DNA from: Nitrospinota bacterium
Lineage (GTDB): Bacteria; Nitrospinota_A; UBA7883; JACRGQ01
Direction of reading: 5' to 3'
DNA length: 64,000 bases
NCBI GenBank assembly: GCA_016212275.1
Contig: JACRGR010000010.1
Location: 5,593 to 69,592, forward strand
The position numbers and the translations under genes were made by a program. This document shows, one piece after another, positions 25,927 through 34,842 of this stretch. Under the pieces are notes generated by a model. It was not told where the DNA came from and did not search any database. It was given only the letters and a program-made list of their open reading frames with translations. The number at the start of each line of letters is the position of its first letter. Position 1 is the stretch's first letter.

Positions 25927-27402
25927 TTACGCCTTTACTGCTTTCAGGAGCTTGCGGGCCGGGCCGGCGGAAACCGTCGCCGTCCGCGATTCCTGGAGTC
26001 CCACGAATTGGGAAAGTTCTTCCGCCACTTGCCGCAGTGTTTCCGCTTGCGCGTTCAGTTCTTCGCCCGCGGCGGCGGTCTCTTCGGCGCTGGAGGCGTT
26101 TTGTTGGGTGGTCTCGTTCATCTGGCGCACGGCGGTATTCACCTGCTCCACCCCTTTTGCCTGCTCGTGCGAGGCGCTCAATACGTCCGCCACCACTTGC
26201 GTGAGTTTGTTCATTTTGTCGTAGATGCCCTGGAATGCGTCCGCCGCCTTATGCACCATCACCGACCCCTCGTCCGCTTTGCGCGCGGCGGAGGTGATGA
26301 GTTCGTTGGTATCTTTTGCCGCCACCGACGACCGGCGGGCCAGGTTGCGCACTTCTTCGGCGACCACCGCGAACCCTTTTCCCTGCTCTCCCGCGCGGGC
26401 CGCTTCCACGGCGGCGTTGAGCGCCAGCAGGTTCGTCTGGAACGCGATCTCCTCGATTGTCTTGATGATCTTCAGCACTTCGGCGGACGACGCGTTGATG
26501 GAATCTATCGCGGCCACCATCCCTTTAACATACTCGGCGCCGCCCACCACGGCCTGCATGCTCGCCACGGCCAGCTTTTCCGCTTCTTCGGTGCCGGTGG
26601 CGTTCTTTGCCGCCATCGAGGAAATCTCGTCCATCGTGGCGGAAGTCTCTTCAAGCGACGATGCCTGCTGGCTGGTCGCCCCCGCCAGCGATTGGCTGGT
26701 GTCCGAAAGCTGTCCGGCGGCGGAGTTCACCTGCCCGGAACTGGACACCAACTCCTCGGTTATGGCGGTGAGTTTGTTCTTGATGCTGGTGGCGATATAC
26801 ACGGCAACGCCCACGCCGAGGATGAACCCGATGACCGCCACCGTGATGCCCAACACCTTGTTCAACTGGCTGGACGAAAGCAGTCCGTCCAGTGTGCCGG
26901 TGAATTCCGTGTTCACTTCGCGCACCACCACTTCCAGCGAATTGGTCATTTCTTCGGCGATGGGGTCGAATTTCTCCATCATCTTGTTCCCTTCGCCCGG
27001 CCCCTCCTTGATGTACACGGCGGCCATCTGCTTGCCGAAGGTGTAGAAATTATCGAACGCTCCGTCGAGCTTTTTCAGCTTGTCTTCGGTTTCAGTCCCG
27101 GCGAACAGCTTTTTCAGCTTGCCGTTGTGTTCCTTGAAAAGCGCGGCGAACTTTTCCGCCTCTTTGTAGCCGTCGTCGAACCCTTCGGCCCCCCGCGTGG
27201 CGGAAATATCGGTGAGCCATTGCTGGACCTGTACCACATCCAGCTTCAGGTCGTCGCCCAGTTCGCGTTTTTCGGCGGCGATGTACAAGGTTTTCACCTG
27301 TGCCGATTCCTCGAACGCCTGGTACACCATGATGCAACTGAGAACAACGAGAAGCCCTAACAGCGATGCGAAGCCAACATAAATTTTCTTTATCGCATTC
27401 AT
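25927..27402 (-). CDS. Methyl-accepting chemotaxis protein (periplasmic sensor, HAMP, signalling domain)
   Basis: 491 aa: MNAIKKIYVGFASLLGLLVVL (TM), ...[40 protein letters not shown]. Confidence 0.85.
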   Translation of the reverse strand: MNAIKKIYVGFASLLGLLVVLSCIMVYQAFEESAQVKTLYIAAEKRELGDDLKLDVVQVQQWLTDISATRGAEGFDDGYKEAEKFAALFKEHNGKLKKLFAGTETEDKLKKLDGAFDNFYTFGKQMAAVYIKEGPGEGNKMMEKFDPIAEEMTNSLEVVVREVNTEFTGTLDGLLSSSQLNKVLGITVAVIGFILGVGVAVYIATSIKNKLTAITEELVSSSGQVNSAAGQLSDTSQSLAGATSQQASSLEETSATMDEISSMAAKNATGTEEAEKLAVASMQAVVGGAEYVKGMVAAIDSINASSAEVLKIIKTIEEIAFQTNLLALNAAVEAARAGEQGKGFAVVAEEVRNLARRSSVAAKDTNELITSAARKADEGSVMVHKAADAFQGIYDKMNKLTQVVADVLSASHEQAKGVEQVNTAVRQMNETTQQNASSAEETAAAGEELNAQAETLRQVAEELSQFVGLQESRTATVSAGPARKLLKAVKA

Positions 27403-27424
27403 CCCTATCCCTCCGGTTGGGCTA

Positions 27425-27454
27425 ATTCTACTTTATTATGGAAATAAAGTCTAA
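27425..27454 (-). promoter_or_regulatory. Candidate sigma70-type promoter (TTAGAC-N18-TAGAAT) with an AT-rich palindrome in the spacer
   Basis: The minus strand reads TTAGACtttatttccataataaagTAGAATtagcccaaccGGAGGgatagggATG. The spacer contains ACTTTATT/AATAAAGT. Confidence 0.35.
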
Positions 27455-27500
27455 AATTGCGGGTTTTCCGCGCGCCCGGCGGTGTTCGGGAGCGGAAGTC

Positions 27501-29309
27501 TCACCGGTTATGCGGGCGGCGGGGGGCGGTGCGGAATTTGTGCAGAACCTCCCTGCTCTTTTCCCGGTGCGGCTGTAAAAGCGCCTGCTGAATCTTCCGG
27601 TCCATGGCCCCTTTCGCCACGAAGAGCGGTTCGCGCGTGGCGGGGTCCAGCCCCGTCCAGTACATAGCGGTGGCGAGCGTCATTGGGGTGGGGATGAACG
27701 CCTGCACCTGTTGCAGGTTCCACCTCCGGCTTTTGAGGTACTCCTGCACTTGCACCATTTTCTCGTGCGTGCTTCCCGGAAAGCCGCTGATGAAATACGG
27801 CACCACATACTGCTCCTTTTTCACTTCCCTCGACGTGCGTTCGAATATTTCCAAAAACTCCTCGAAACTTTCTATGGGCGGCTTTTTCATCAGGCGCAGG
27901 ACTTCGGGGTCGGTGTGTTCCGGCGCCACCTTCAGGTGTCCCCCCACATGGTGGGCGATGAGGTCGCGCAGGTATTTGCGCCCCGATCTCTCGTCCGCCA
28001 ACGCGATGTCGTACCGCACGCCGGAGCCGAGGCCGATCTTCTTCACGCCGGGGAGGTGGCGGGCCTTTTCCAGCAGGCGTACCTGCAATGCGTGGTCGTG
28101 GACGAGGTGCGGGCAGACCTTCGGATGAACGCAGGAGAATTTCCTGCAGACGCTTTGCACCGCGTGGCTCTCGCACCGCATCCCGTACATGTTCGCGGTG
28201 GGGCCGCCCACGTCGGTGATCTGCCCCGTGTAGCCGGGCACGTCCTTCAGCCGATTTATCTCGTTCAGGATGCTGTGTTCGGAGCGTGACTGCAAAACGC
28301 GCCCTTGATGGAGCGTTATCGCGCAGAAGGTGCATCCGCCAAAGCATCCCCGCGTGGCGGTGATGGAAAACTTTATCATTTCCGCCGCCGGTATCTTTTG
28401 GCGGTACATCGGGTGCGGCTCTTTGGTGAACGGCAGTTCGTAGATGGCGTCGAATTCCGCCGTGGCAAGCGGGAGCGGCGGCGGGTTAACCACCACTGCT
28501 TTGGAGCCGTGGTACTGCACCAGCAGTTTGCCGTTGTACGGGCTGGCCTCCTGTTCGATGAAGAAAGCGGTCTTGGCGAACTTCGCCTTGTCGCCGCGCA
28601 CCTCCTCAAATGCCGGAAGTGTGAGGCGCGGCTCCAGTTCGCGCGCGTGCGCCTTGGTGGTCAGGTAGGCCAGGCCGCGTTGCGATCTCAGGTTTTCCAA
28701 CGCCCGTTGGGTCGCCTCATGCGTCCGTAGCGCGGGGCCGTTTGCCACTTTTGCGGCCGTATCCAGTTCCTGGGCGATAGCAGAAACGGATTTTTCCCCC
28801 ATGCCGAACGCCAGCAGATCCGCATCCGCCGTGAGCAGGAACGAGGGGCGCACCTTGTTCTGCCAGTAGTCGTAGTGTGCCAGCCGCCGCAAGCTCGCCT
28901 CCACCCCCCCCGCGATGATGACCGATTCAGGGAACGCCTTGCGGGCAAGTTGGGTGTAAACGGTGGCGGCGTAGTCGGGCCGTTTGCCGCCTTGCCCCCC
29001 TTCGGAATATTGGTCGTCAGAGCGTTTGCGGCGGTTCGCGGTGTAATTGTTTATCATGCTGTCCACCGTGCCGGACGATACGCCGACGAACAGGCGCGGG
29101 GTTCCCATGCGCGCGATGTCATCGGTATTGTCCCACCTCGGTTGCGGGATGATGCCCACCCGGTAGCCAAGTTTTTCCAGCCAGCGGCCCAGGAGCGGGA
29201 CGCCGAAACTGGGGTGGTCCACATACGCGTCACCGCTGATAAGCAGTACATCCAATGCGTCCCACCCGCGCCATTCCATCTCCCGCCGCGTGACGGGAAG
29301 AAAGCGCAT
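27501..29309 (-). CDS. ygiQ: YgiQ family (UPF0313) radical SAM protein
   Basis: MRFLPVTRREMEWRGWDALDVLLISGDAYVDHPSFGVPLLGRWLE..., with radical SAM cluster motif CFGGCTFC. The ORF extends to 29489, but the upstream extension is atypical for the family. Confidence 0.85.
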   Translation of the reverse strand: MRFLPVTRREMEWRGWDALDVLLISGDAYVDHPSFGVPLLGRWLEKLGYRVGIIPQPRWDNTDDIARMGTPRLFVGVSSGTVDSMINNYTANRRKRSDDQYSEGGQGGKRPDYAATVYTQLARKAFPESVIIAGGVEASLRRLAHYDYWQNKVRPSFLLTADADLLAFGMGEKSVSAIAQELDTAAKVANGPALRTHEATQRALENLRSQRGLAYLTTKAHARELEPRLTLPAFEEVRGDKAKFAKTAFFIEQEASPYNGKLLVQYHGSKAVVVNPPPLPLATAEFDAIYELPFTKEPHPMYRQKIPAAEMIKFSITATRGCFGGCTFCAITLHQGRVLQSRSEHSILNEINRLKDVPGYTGQITDVGGPTANMYGMRCESHAVQSVCRKFSCVHPKVCPHLVHDHALQVRLLEKARHLPGVKKIGLGSGVRYDIALADERSGRKYLRDLIAHHVGGHLKVAPEHTDPEVLRLMKKPPIESFEEFLEIFERTSREVKKEQYVVPYFISGFPGSTHEKMVQVQEYLKSRRWNLQQVQAFIPTPMTLATAMYWTGLDPATREPLFVAKGAMDRKIQQALLQPHREKSREVLHKFRTAPRRPHNR

Positions 29310-29425
29310 GGCCTCCTCGCGGAAGGAGGTGTCGCCGTGTGATAGGTGTTTATCTGTGTTCATGCCTGATTTCAGGGTATCAGAAATTCCGGGTGAGGGG
29401 GACGGGTGAAGGGGCGCATGGGAAA

Positions 29426-30682
29426 TTATTTCGCCGCGGCCAGCGCGGCTTCGCAGGCTTCCAGCGCCTTGCGGGCGGATGCGGGCCAATTGAATTGTTC
29501 TTCCACCGATCTGCGGGCATTTTCCCCAACTTTATCGAGCCTATCGGGGTCTTTCAGCGCGGCGACGATCTTTTGGGCGTATTCGTTCGGGCTGTCCGTA
29601 TAAACCAAAATTCCGTTCACGCAATCCGTGATGCACCCGTTAATTTCTCCCACCGCGCGGGCTACCACCGGTTTCCCGGCGCACAGGTACTCGTACACTT
29701 TTATGGGCGATTTCGCCAGCGTGATCACGTTCACCGGGAACAGGGCGAGGCAAATGTCCGCCCGCTCCAACAGTGCGGGCATTTGGCGGTGCGGGATGTC
29801 GCCGGTGAACTCCACGCTGTCCGCCACGCCAAGTTTTTGGGCCAGCCATGGAAGCGGGCCGGGCTTGACTCCGCTTCCAATCAAGTCTCCGCCGCCGACC
29901 ACTAAAAGGCGCGCGCCGGGGACACTCATTTTCACGAGGGCGAAGGTTTCAATCAGGAGTTCCATGTTCAGGCCGTTATCCGAGCGCAGGTTCCCGGCGT
30001 AAAACAGGGTGGGTGAATCGGTGCTCGTTGAACGTCCGTTCGGGGTGAACATTTTATGGTCGCCGAAAGTGGGTGCGTAAAAGAGTTTTTGCTGTTGCAC
30101 CCCCACATCGCGCGCGTATTCGCATAAAAATGCGCTGGCCGCGACCACGGCGTTTGCGCGTTTGGCGAAGAAAGTTTCGCAAAAGGTGTAGAGGTACTGC
30201 ATCCACAGCGGCAAACGCATTTTCGAGGAAAATCCCATCAGCCCTTCCACGTCGTCCCAGTCCACCACGACCGGGATGCCGGTGAAAAGGCGGATGATGA
30301 AGCAGGCCAGCGCGGTTTCCGGGAACGTCCGCCCCAGGTAGATGACCTCGATGTTCTCCTTCCGGCATATCTTGCGGATGGCCGCCACACGTTTGACGGT
30401 GAGCCAGAGAACGCGCGGAAGGAAAAACGGTTTCCAGCGCGCCATTATTTTTTCGCGGACGCCGTCATCATACGGGTAACGGTGGAACGGCGCGGTGGGC
30501 AGATGCGCGAACGGCACGCCGTCCAACGCTTCTGCTTTTTGGCCGGTGTACGGCTCGCCCCCCGCGAGGATGGCGATATGCCCCATCGCTCGAAACTCTT
30601 TGGCTAGTGCATGGAGACGCGCGGTTGGCCCCCACAGCCTTTGCGGCACGAGGTCGAACGGCGAAACGAAGAGGATGTTCAT
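29426..30682 (-). CDS. GT-B fold glycosyltransferase (family 4 / group 1)
   Basis: 418 aa. It has an N-terminal GT4-like domain and a C-terminal E-x7-E-type region (ALFPVNVITLAKSPIKVYEYLCAGKPVVA). Confidence 0.8.
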   Translation of the reverse strand: MNILFVSPFDLVPQRLWGPTARLHALAKEFRAMGHIAILAGGEPYTGQKAEALDGVPFAHLPTAPFHRYPYDDGVREKIMARWKPFFLPRVLWLTVKRVAAIRKICRKENIEVIYLGRTFPETALACFIIRLFTGIPVVVDWDDVEGLMGFSSKMRLPLWMQYLYTFCETFFAKRANAVVAASAFLCEYARDVGVQQQKLFYAPTFGDHKMFTPNGRSTSTDSPTLFYAGNLRSDNGLNMELLIETFALVKMSVPGARLLVVGGGDLIGSGVKPGPLPWLAQKLGVADSVEFTGDIPHRQMPALLERADICLALFPVNVITLAKSPIKVYEYLCAGKPVVARAVGEINGCITDCVNGILVYTDSPNEYAQKIVAALKDPDRLDKVGENARRSVEEQFNWPASARKALEACEAALAAAK

Positions 30683-30694
30683 TACGGATGAATC

Positions 30695-30753
30695 GTCATT
30701 CCGCGCTCCAACACGGAATCCAGAATCTGGATTCCCGCCTTCGCGGGAATGAC
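30695..30753. repeat. Palindromic intergenic element with GTCATTCC...GGAATGAC termini
   Basis: GTCATTCCGCG (30695-30705) pairs with CGCGGGAATGAC (30742-30753). The inner palindrome is GGAATCCAGA / TCTGGATTCC (30715-30735). It lies between the GT4 start and the accD stop. Confidence 0.5.
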
Positions 30754-30767
30754 AGTTCTGGAGAAAT

Positions 30768-31664
30768 TCACGCTTGCTTCTCCTCCGCGGGTTTCGGGGG
30801 GCGGTTGTGGTCCGGGATTTTCGTGCTCATGTGCTTGATGAACGTGGTGAGGGTGTTTTTCAACTCGTCCCGTTTCACGATTACGTCCACAAACCCGTGC
30901 TCCAGCAAAAATTCAGAGCGCTGAAACCCCTCCGGCAGTTTCTGGCGGATGGTCTGCTCTATGACGCGCGGCCCGGCGAAGCAGATGAGCGCGTCCGGTT
31001 CCGCGATGATGACGTCACCCAGCATGGCGAACGACGCGGTGACGCCCCCCGCCGTGGGGTGCGCCAGCACGGAGAAGTAGGGAAGCCCCGCCTCGTTCAT
31101 TTCCGCGATGGCGGCGGAGGTTTTCGCCATTTGCATCAGCGAAAAGGTCCCTTCCTGCATCCGCGCGCCGCCGGAGCAGGATACGACGATAAGCGGACAC
31201 TTGCGCTTCCGGGCGCGTTCAGCGGCGCGGGTGATTTTTTCGCCCACCACCACGCCCATGCTCCCGCCCATGAATCCGAATTCGAACGCGGCTATTTCCA
31301 CTTCCCATCCGTTCAATTTTCCGCCGCCGCACACTATGGCGTCGTACTCGCCGGATTCCTTTTGGGCGGACTTGATGCGGTCGCGGTATTTTTTCGTATC
31401 GCGGAATTTCAGCGTGTCCAGCGCCTGTATGGCCACGTCCTGCTCATTGAAGGTGTTCTCGTCTATCAGGAGCAGGATGCGCCGGCGCGAGGGGAGCGTG
31501 TGGTGCTTGCCGCACTTTTTGCACACGCGCCACGCGGCCTCGAACTCGCCCGCGTACACCATTTCGCCGCACCCCTCGCATTTGAGGAACAGCCCTTCCG
31601 GCACGCCGCCGCGTTTTTTTCCGCCTTGGCTCAGCGGCGTTTTTTCTTTTTTAAACCAGCTCAT
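30768..31664 (-). CDS. accD: Acetyl-CoA carboxylase carboxyltransferase beta subunit
   Basis: The C-terminal 298 aa of the 733-aa ORF: MSWFKKEKTPL...CEGCGEMVY...CKKCGKH (zinc ribbon), ...GGSMGVVVGEKI...SGGARMQEG. The ATG at 31664 overlaps the leuA stop by 4 nt. Confidence 0.9.
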   Translation of the reverse strand: MSWFKKEKTPLSQGGKKRGGVPEGLFLKCEGCGEMVYAGEFEAAWRVCKKCGKHHTLPSRRRILLLIDENTFNEQDVAIQALDTLKFRDTKKYRDRIKSAQKESGEYDAIVCGGGKLNGWEVEIAAFEFGFMGGSMGVVVGEKITRAAERARKRKCPLIVVSCSGGARMQEGTFSLMQMAKTSAAIAEMNEAGLPYFSVLAHPTAGGVTASFAMLGDVIIAEPDALICFAGPRVIEQTIRQKLPEGFQRSEFLLEHGFVDVIVKRDELKNTLTTFIKHMSTKIPDHNRPPKPAEEKQA

Positions 31665-33175
31665 CTTCCCCTCTCCGCCAACATGCGGTTGAGCGCGCTT
31701 ATGTACGCCCGCGTGCTGGCCTCCACGGTGTCGGTGGAGGCGCTCCGCCCGCGCACCGACGATCCTTTGCCGAACGCCACCTGCACGGTCACTTCGCCCA
31801 CCGCGTCCTTGTCGCCGCTCACCGCGCGCACCTGATAGTTGAGCAGTTTTCCTTTCACGCCGGTGATGGCGTCTATCGCGTTGTACACCGCGTCTATCGG
31901 CCCGTCGCCATTGGCCGCGGCGGTGAGCACGTCGTTTCCTTTTTTCAGTTTCACCGTGGCGGTGGGCACGGTGGCGTTGCCCGTGGTGGAATGGAAGTAG
32001 GCCAATTCGTAGGTCTGGCGCCCCTGGGTTATCTCGTCCCCCACCACGGCCTCCAAGTCGTCCTCGTATACTTCCTTCTTTTTGTCCGCCAGCGCCTTGA
32101 AGCGCGTGAAGGCCGCGTCGAGTTGGTCCTTGGAGAGCTTGAAGCCAAGCTCTTCCATCTTTTTTCCGAAGGCGTGCCTGCCGGAATGCTTGCCCAGCAC
32201 CATCCGGTTTTCGTGCAGGCCGATGGATCGCGGCGTCATGATCTCGTACGTCTCGCGCCGTTTCAGCACACCGTCCTGATGGATGCCGCTTTCGTGCGCG
32301 AAGGCGTTTGCCCCCACGATCGCCTTGTTCGGCTGGACGGCGATGCCGGTGATGGCGGTGAGCAGTTTGCTCGTTTTGTAAATCTCCTTCGTGCGGATGC
32401 CGGTGCCATGGCGGAACAGGTCCTTGCGCGTTTTTATCGCCATCACCACCTCTTCCATGCTGGCGTTCCCCGCGCGTTCGCCGATGCCGTTCACGGTGCA
32501 CTCCACCTGCCGCGCGCCGTGCTGGATGGCGGTTAGCGAATTGGCCACGGCCAACCCCAAATCGTCGTGGCAGTGCACGCTTATCACCGCATTCTTGATG
32601 TTCGGCACGTTGGCGAAGATGCCGTCCAACAGCCCGCCGTACTCGTCCGGGATGGTGTAGCCCACCGTGTCCGGTATGTTCACGGTGGTGGCGCCCGCCT
32701 TTATCGCCTCGGTGATCACCTCGTACATGAACGCCGGGTTCGAGCGGGTGGCGTCCTCGCACGAGAATTCCACGTCCTTCGTGAATGTGAGCGCCAGCTT
32801 CACCCCCGCTTTGGTCATTTCGATGACTTCGGCGGGCGTTTTGCGGAGCTTGTGCTTCATGTGTATCGCGGAGGTGCTGATGAACACATGAATGCGCTTT
32901 TTCTTCGCCGGTTTCAGCGCGCGGCCCGCGGCCACGATGTCGCGCTCCACCATGCGCGCCAGTCCGCAAATCACCGGCCCCTTCACCTTTTTGGCGATCA
33001 GGTTCACGGACGCAAAGTCCCCGTCGGAGGAGGCGGGGAACCCGGCCTCGATAACGTCCACGTTCAGCGCGGCCAACTGGTGGGCCATCTGGAGCTTTTC
33101 CTCCATGTTCATGGAAAAGCCCGGCGATTGCTCGCCATCGCGCAACGTGGTGTCGAAAATAACAATGTTTGCCAT
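31661..33175 (-). CDS. leuA: 2-isopropylmalate synthase
   Basis: 504 aa: MANIVIFDTTLRDGEQSPGFSMNMEEKLQMAHQL...HCHDDLGLAVANSL...HESGIHQDG, plus the LeuA C-terminal regulatory domain. Confidence 0.9.
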   Translation of the reverse strand: MANIVIFDTTLRDGEQSPGFSMNMEEKLQMAHQLAALNVDVIEAGFPASSDGDFASVNLIAKKVKGPVICGLARMVERDIVAAGRALKPAKKKRIHVFISTSAIHMKHKLRKTPAEVIEMTKAGVKLALTFTKDVEFSCEDATRSNPAFMYEVITEAIKAGATTVNIPDTVGYTIPDEYGGLLDGIFANVPNIKNAVISVHCHDDLGLAVANSLTAIQHGARQVECTVNGIGERAGNASMEEVVMAIKTRKDLFRHGTGIRTKEIYKTSKLLTAITGIAVQPNKAIVGANAFAHESGIHQDGVLKRRETYEIMTPRSIGLHENRMVLGKHSGRHAFGKKMEELGFKLSKDQLDAAFTRFKALADKKKEVYEDDLEAVVGDEITQGRQTYELAYFHSTTGNATVPTATVKLKKGNDVLTAAANGDGPIDAVYNAIDAITGVKGKLLNYQVRAVSGDKDAVGEVTVQVAFGKGSSVRGRSASTDTVEASTRAYISALNRMLAERGR

Positions 33176-33248
33176 TGCAATTACCTCAAATACAAAGGTT
33201 ATCTTAAACGATTCAATCGTTAAAAGCTAAATGTGGAGTGAATGAATG

Positions 33249-33347
33249 TTATTCGGCCTGGCGGCCGAGCAGGAGGAGGGAAAGCGGGCGCGCGGGGCGG
33301 ACGGAGGATTCCTCCGTAACCGTTAAGGCAATGCGCTTCGTTTCCAT
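33249..33347 (-). promoter_or_regulatory. Candidate leuA leader peptide ORF (32 aa) containing LSLLLL
   Basis: The minus strand ATG at 33347 gives METKRIALTVTEESSVRPARPLSLLLLGRQAE*. Four consecutive Leu codons, CTC CTC CTG CTC (33278-33267), lie 73 nt upstream of leuA. The palindrome ACGGAGGAaTCCTCCGT lies inside the ORF. Confidence 0.4.
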
Positions 33348-33356
33348 GAAGGCGAT

Positions 33357-33384
33357 TTTATACCAGCGGCCCCGCATTGTGCAA
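33357..33384 (-). promoter_or_regulatory. Candidate promoter TTGCAC-N16-TATAAA for the leu leader/leuA
   Basis: The minus strand reads TTGCACaatgcggggccgctggTATAAAatcgccttcATG. The -10 hexamer ends 9 nt before the leader ATG. Confidence 0.35.
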
Positions 33385-33479
33385 GTGTTGCTCCGCCGCT
33401 TGCCATGCGCCCCTTTTCCACTTTTGTCCCAGGCCGGAGCCTTTTGATTTCCCATCGCTTCATTGTTACTATTGCGCCG

Positions 33480-34745
33480 ATGAACAACTCGTCGCCTCCG
33501 GAAAGCATTGACACCGGCGCGGGAAAAGGAAAAATGGGGACCGACCGGCTGATCGGATGGGTATTCATAGCCGCGATATTGCTCTTGCCGGTTTTGCCCC
33601 ATTTTTCACCTCTCAACCCGTACGGCGCCTACACGGCATACCATAACGGCACCCTGATGATAATGAGCGGCGAGGATCCCTACCCATCCCGGCTATGGAT
33701 GGACCTGCCTGCCTTTGCCATACAGGACCGTTTTCCCTATAGCCCCACGTTCGCCTTCTTTTTTTATCCTTTTGCGCTGTTCAACAATGCCGCGGGCGTT
33801 TTTGCCTGGATGTTTCTGGGGGCGGTTTTCTTTTGGCACGGCGTGGCCTTTGCACTGTCGAAAATGGAGGGGGAGGCGCTTGTTCGGGGGAAATGGCTTT
33901 TTTTAGGCGCCGTGATGATGTTCAACGAAACCCTAAAAAGCATCGCGTGCCTCCAGGTAAACGCGCTGATCCTCGGGATGGTGCTAATGGGGGTAGGGCT
34001 ATTTTTCTCACGACGGTATGTTGGGGCGGCGTTTCTTCTCGCCTTGGCCACCAATTTCAAGATATATCCCGTGGCCATAGCGCTGTTGATTATGGTGAGC
34101 CTTGATTGGCGGTTCATCGGCTGGTATTTGGCGTTTCTTGGGGGGGCGTTCGCACTGCCCCTTCTGGTGTTCGAGCCATCCTTTTACCGCGAATTGTTGC
34201 GGAGCTGGTGGATAACCATATCGCATAATACGCTGTCCCCGGAACGCTATCTTTCACTGGAACCCTCCCTCCATTTTTTCGGGGTGGGCGTGTCCGGCCG
34301 GCTGTTCTCCGTCTTCACGCTAGCCAATGCGCTGGCCATCGCGGTTGCCGCCCGGTTCGTATTTTTAAGGGACAGGAACGCGTTCATAGGTATTGTGATG
34401 CCTATCGCGCTTGGTTTCGTTTGGCTTTTCAACAACCGGGCCGATAACGCCACCGTCGTTGCGGCCCTGCCCGCGTTCGTGTTCATGCTCCACGCCTTCC
34501 TGGATGCGCGCCGCCGCGGGGAATCGGGGGTGGCGAGGTTCCATCTCGTCTCGATGCTGGCCGCGTGGTGGCTACTATCCCTTTCATATTCCGACCTGAC
34601 CCCCAAGCCAATCAGGCATATCGCGCACGATTACCGGTTCATGTTTTGGGGAGTATTGGCCATGTATTTCTGGGCGTGGGCAAACGCGATCATCTTTGCG
34701 CGGTCGGCCCGCGCCGGAAAGGCCGTGGCTCCCGCCGCGCGCTGA
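33480..34745 (+). CDS. GT-C fold integral membrane glycosyltransferase, DUF2029/GT87-like (paralogue 1)
   Basis: Polytopic, with about 11 TM segments. It has YTAYHNGTLMIMSGEDPYP in the first loop and LLALATNFKIYPVAIALL, and it is clearly similar to the 38538..39755 product. The start is uncertain (33405, 33480 or 33534). Confidence 0.6.
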   Translation: MNNSSPPESIDTGAGKGKMGTDRLIGWVFIAAILLLPVLPHFSPLNPYGAYTAYHNGTLMIMSGEDPYPSRLWMDLPAFAIQDRFPYSPTFAFFFYPFALFNNAAGVFAWMFLGAVFFWHGVAFALSKMEGEALVRGKWLFLGAVMMFNETLKSIACLQVNALILGMVLMGVGLFFSRRYVGAAFLLALATNFKIYPVAIALLIMVSLDWRFIGWYLAFLGGAFALPLLVFEPSFYRELLRSWWITISHNTLSPERYLSLEPSLHFFGVGVSGRLFSVFTLANALAIAVAARFVFLRDRNAFIGIVMPIALGFVWLFNNRADNATVVAALPAFVFMLHAFLDARRRGESGVARFHLVSMLAAWWLLSLSYSDLTPKPIRHIAHDYRFMFWGVLAMYFWAWANAIIFARSARAGKAVAPAAR

Positions 34746-34842
34746 GACCGCGTCACGGGGGAAAAAAAGGTTCGCCCCTGAATCCAAGCGTATATAATTG
34801 CCACCTATGGGATTTGTGACGCCGGTTCGGCGGAGGTGAGGG

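Noticed and set aside
25813-27360. 515-aa plus-strand ORF.
   Set aside because: It is the antisense shadow of the MCP gene at 25927..27402, which has an unmistakable signalling-domain sequence. The plus-frame product is low-complexity (R/G/H/L-rich).
31665-32969. N-terminal 435 aa of the 733-aa minus-strand ORF at 30768..32969.
   Set aside because: Only the C-terminal 298 aa (AccD) are real. The upstream part overlaps leuA in another frame and translates to Arg/Gly/His-rich nonsense.
33300-33317. Perfect palindrome ACGGAGGAaTCCTCCGT as an intrinsic terminator.
   Set aside because: There is no U-tract on either strand, and it lies inside the candidate leader ORF. It is treated instead as a possible attenuator structural element.
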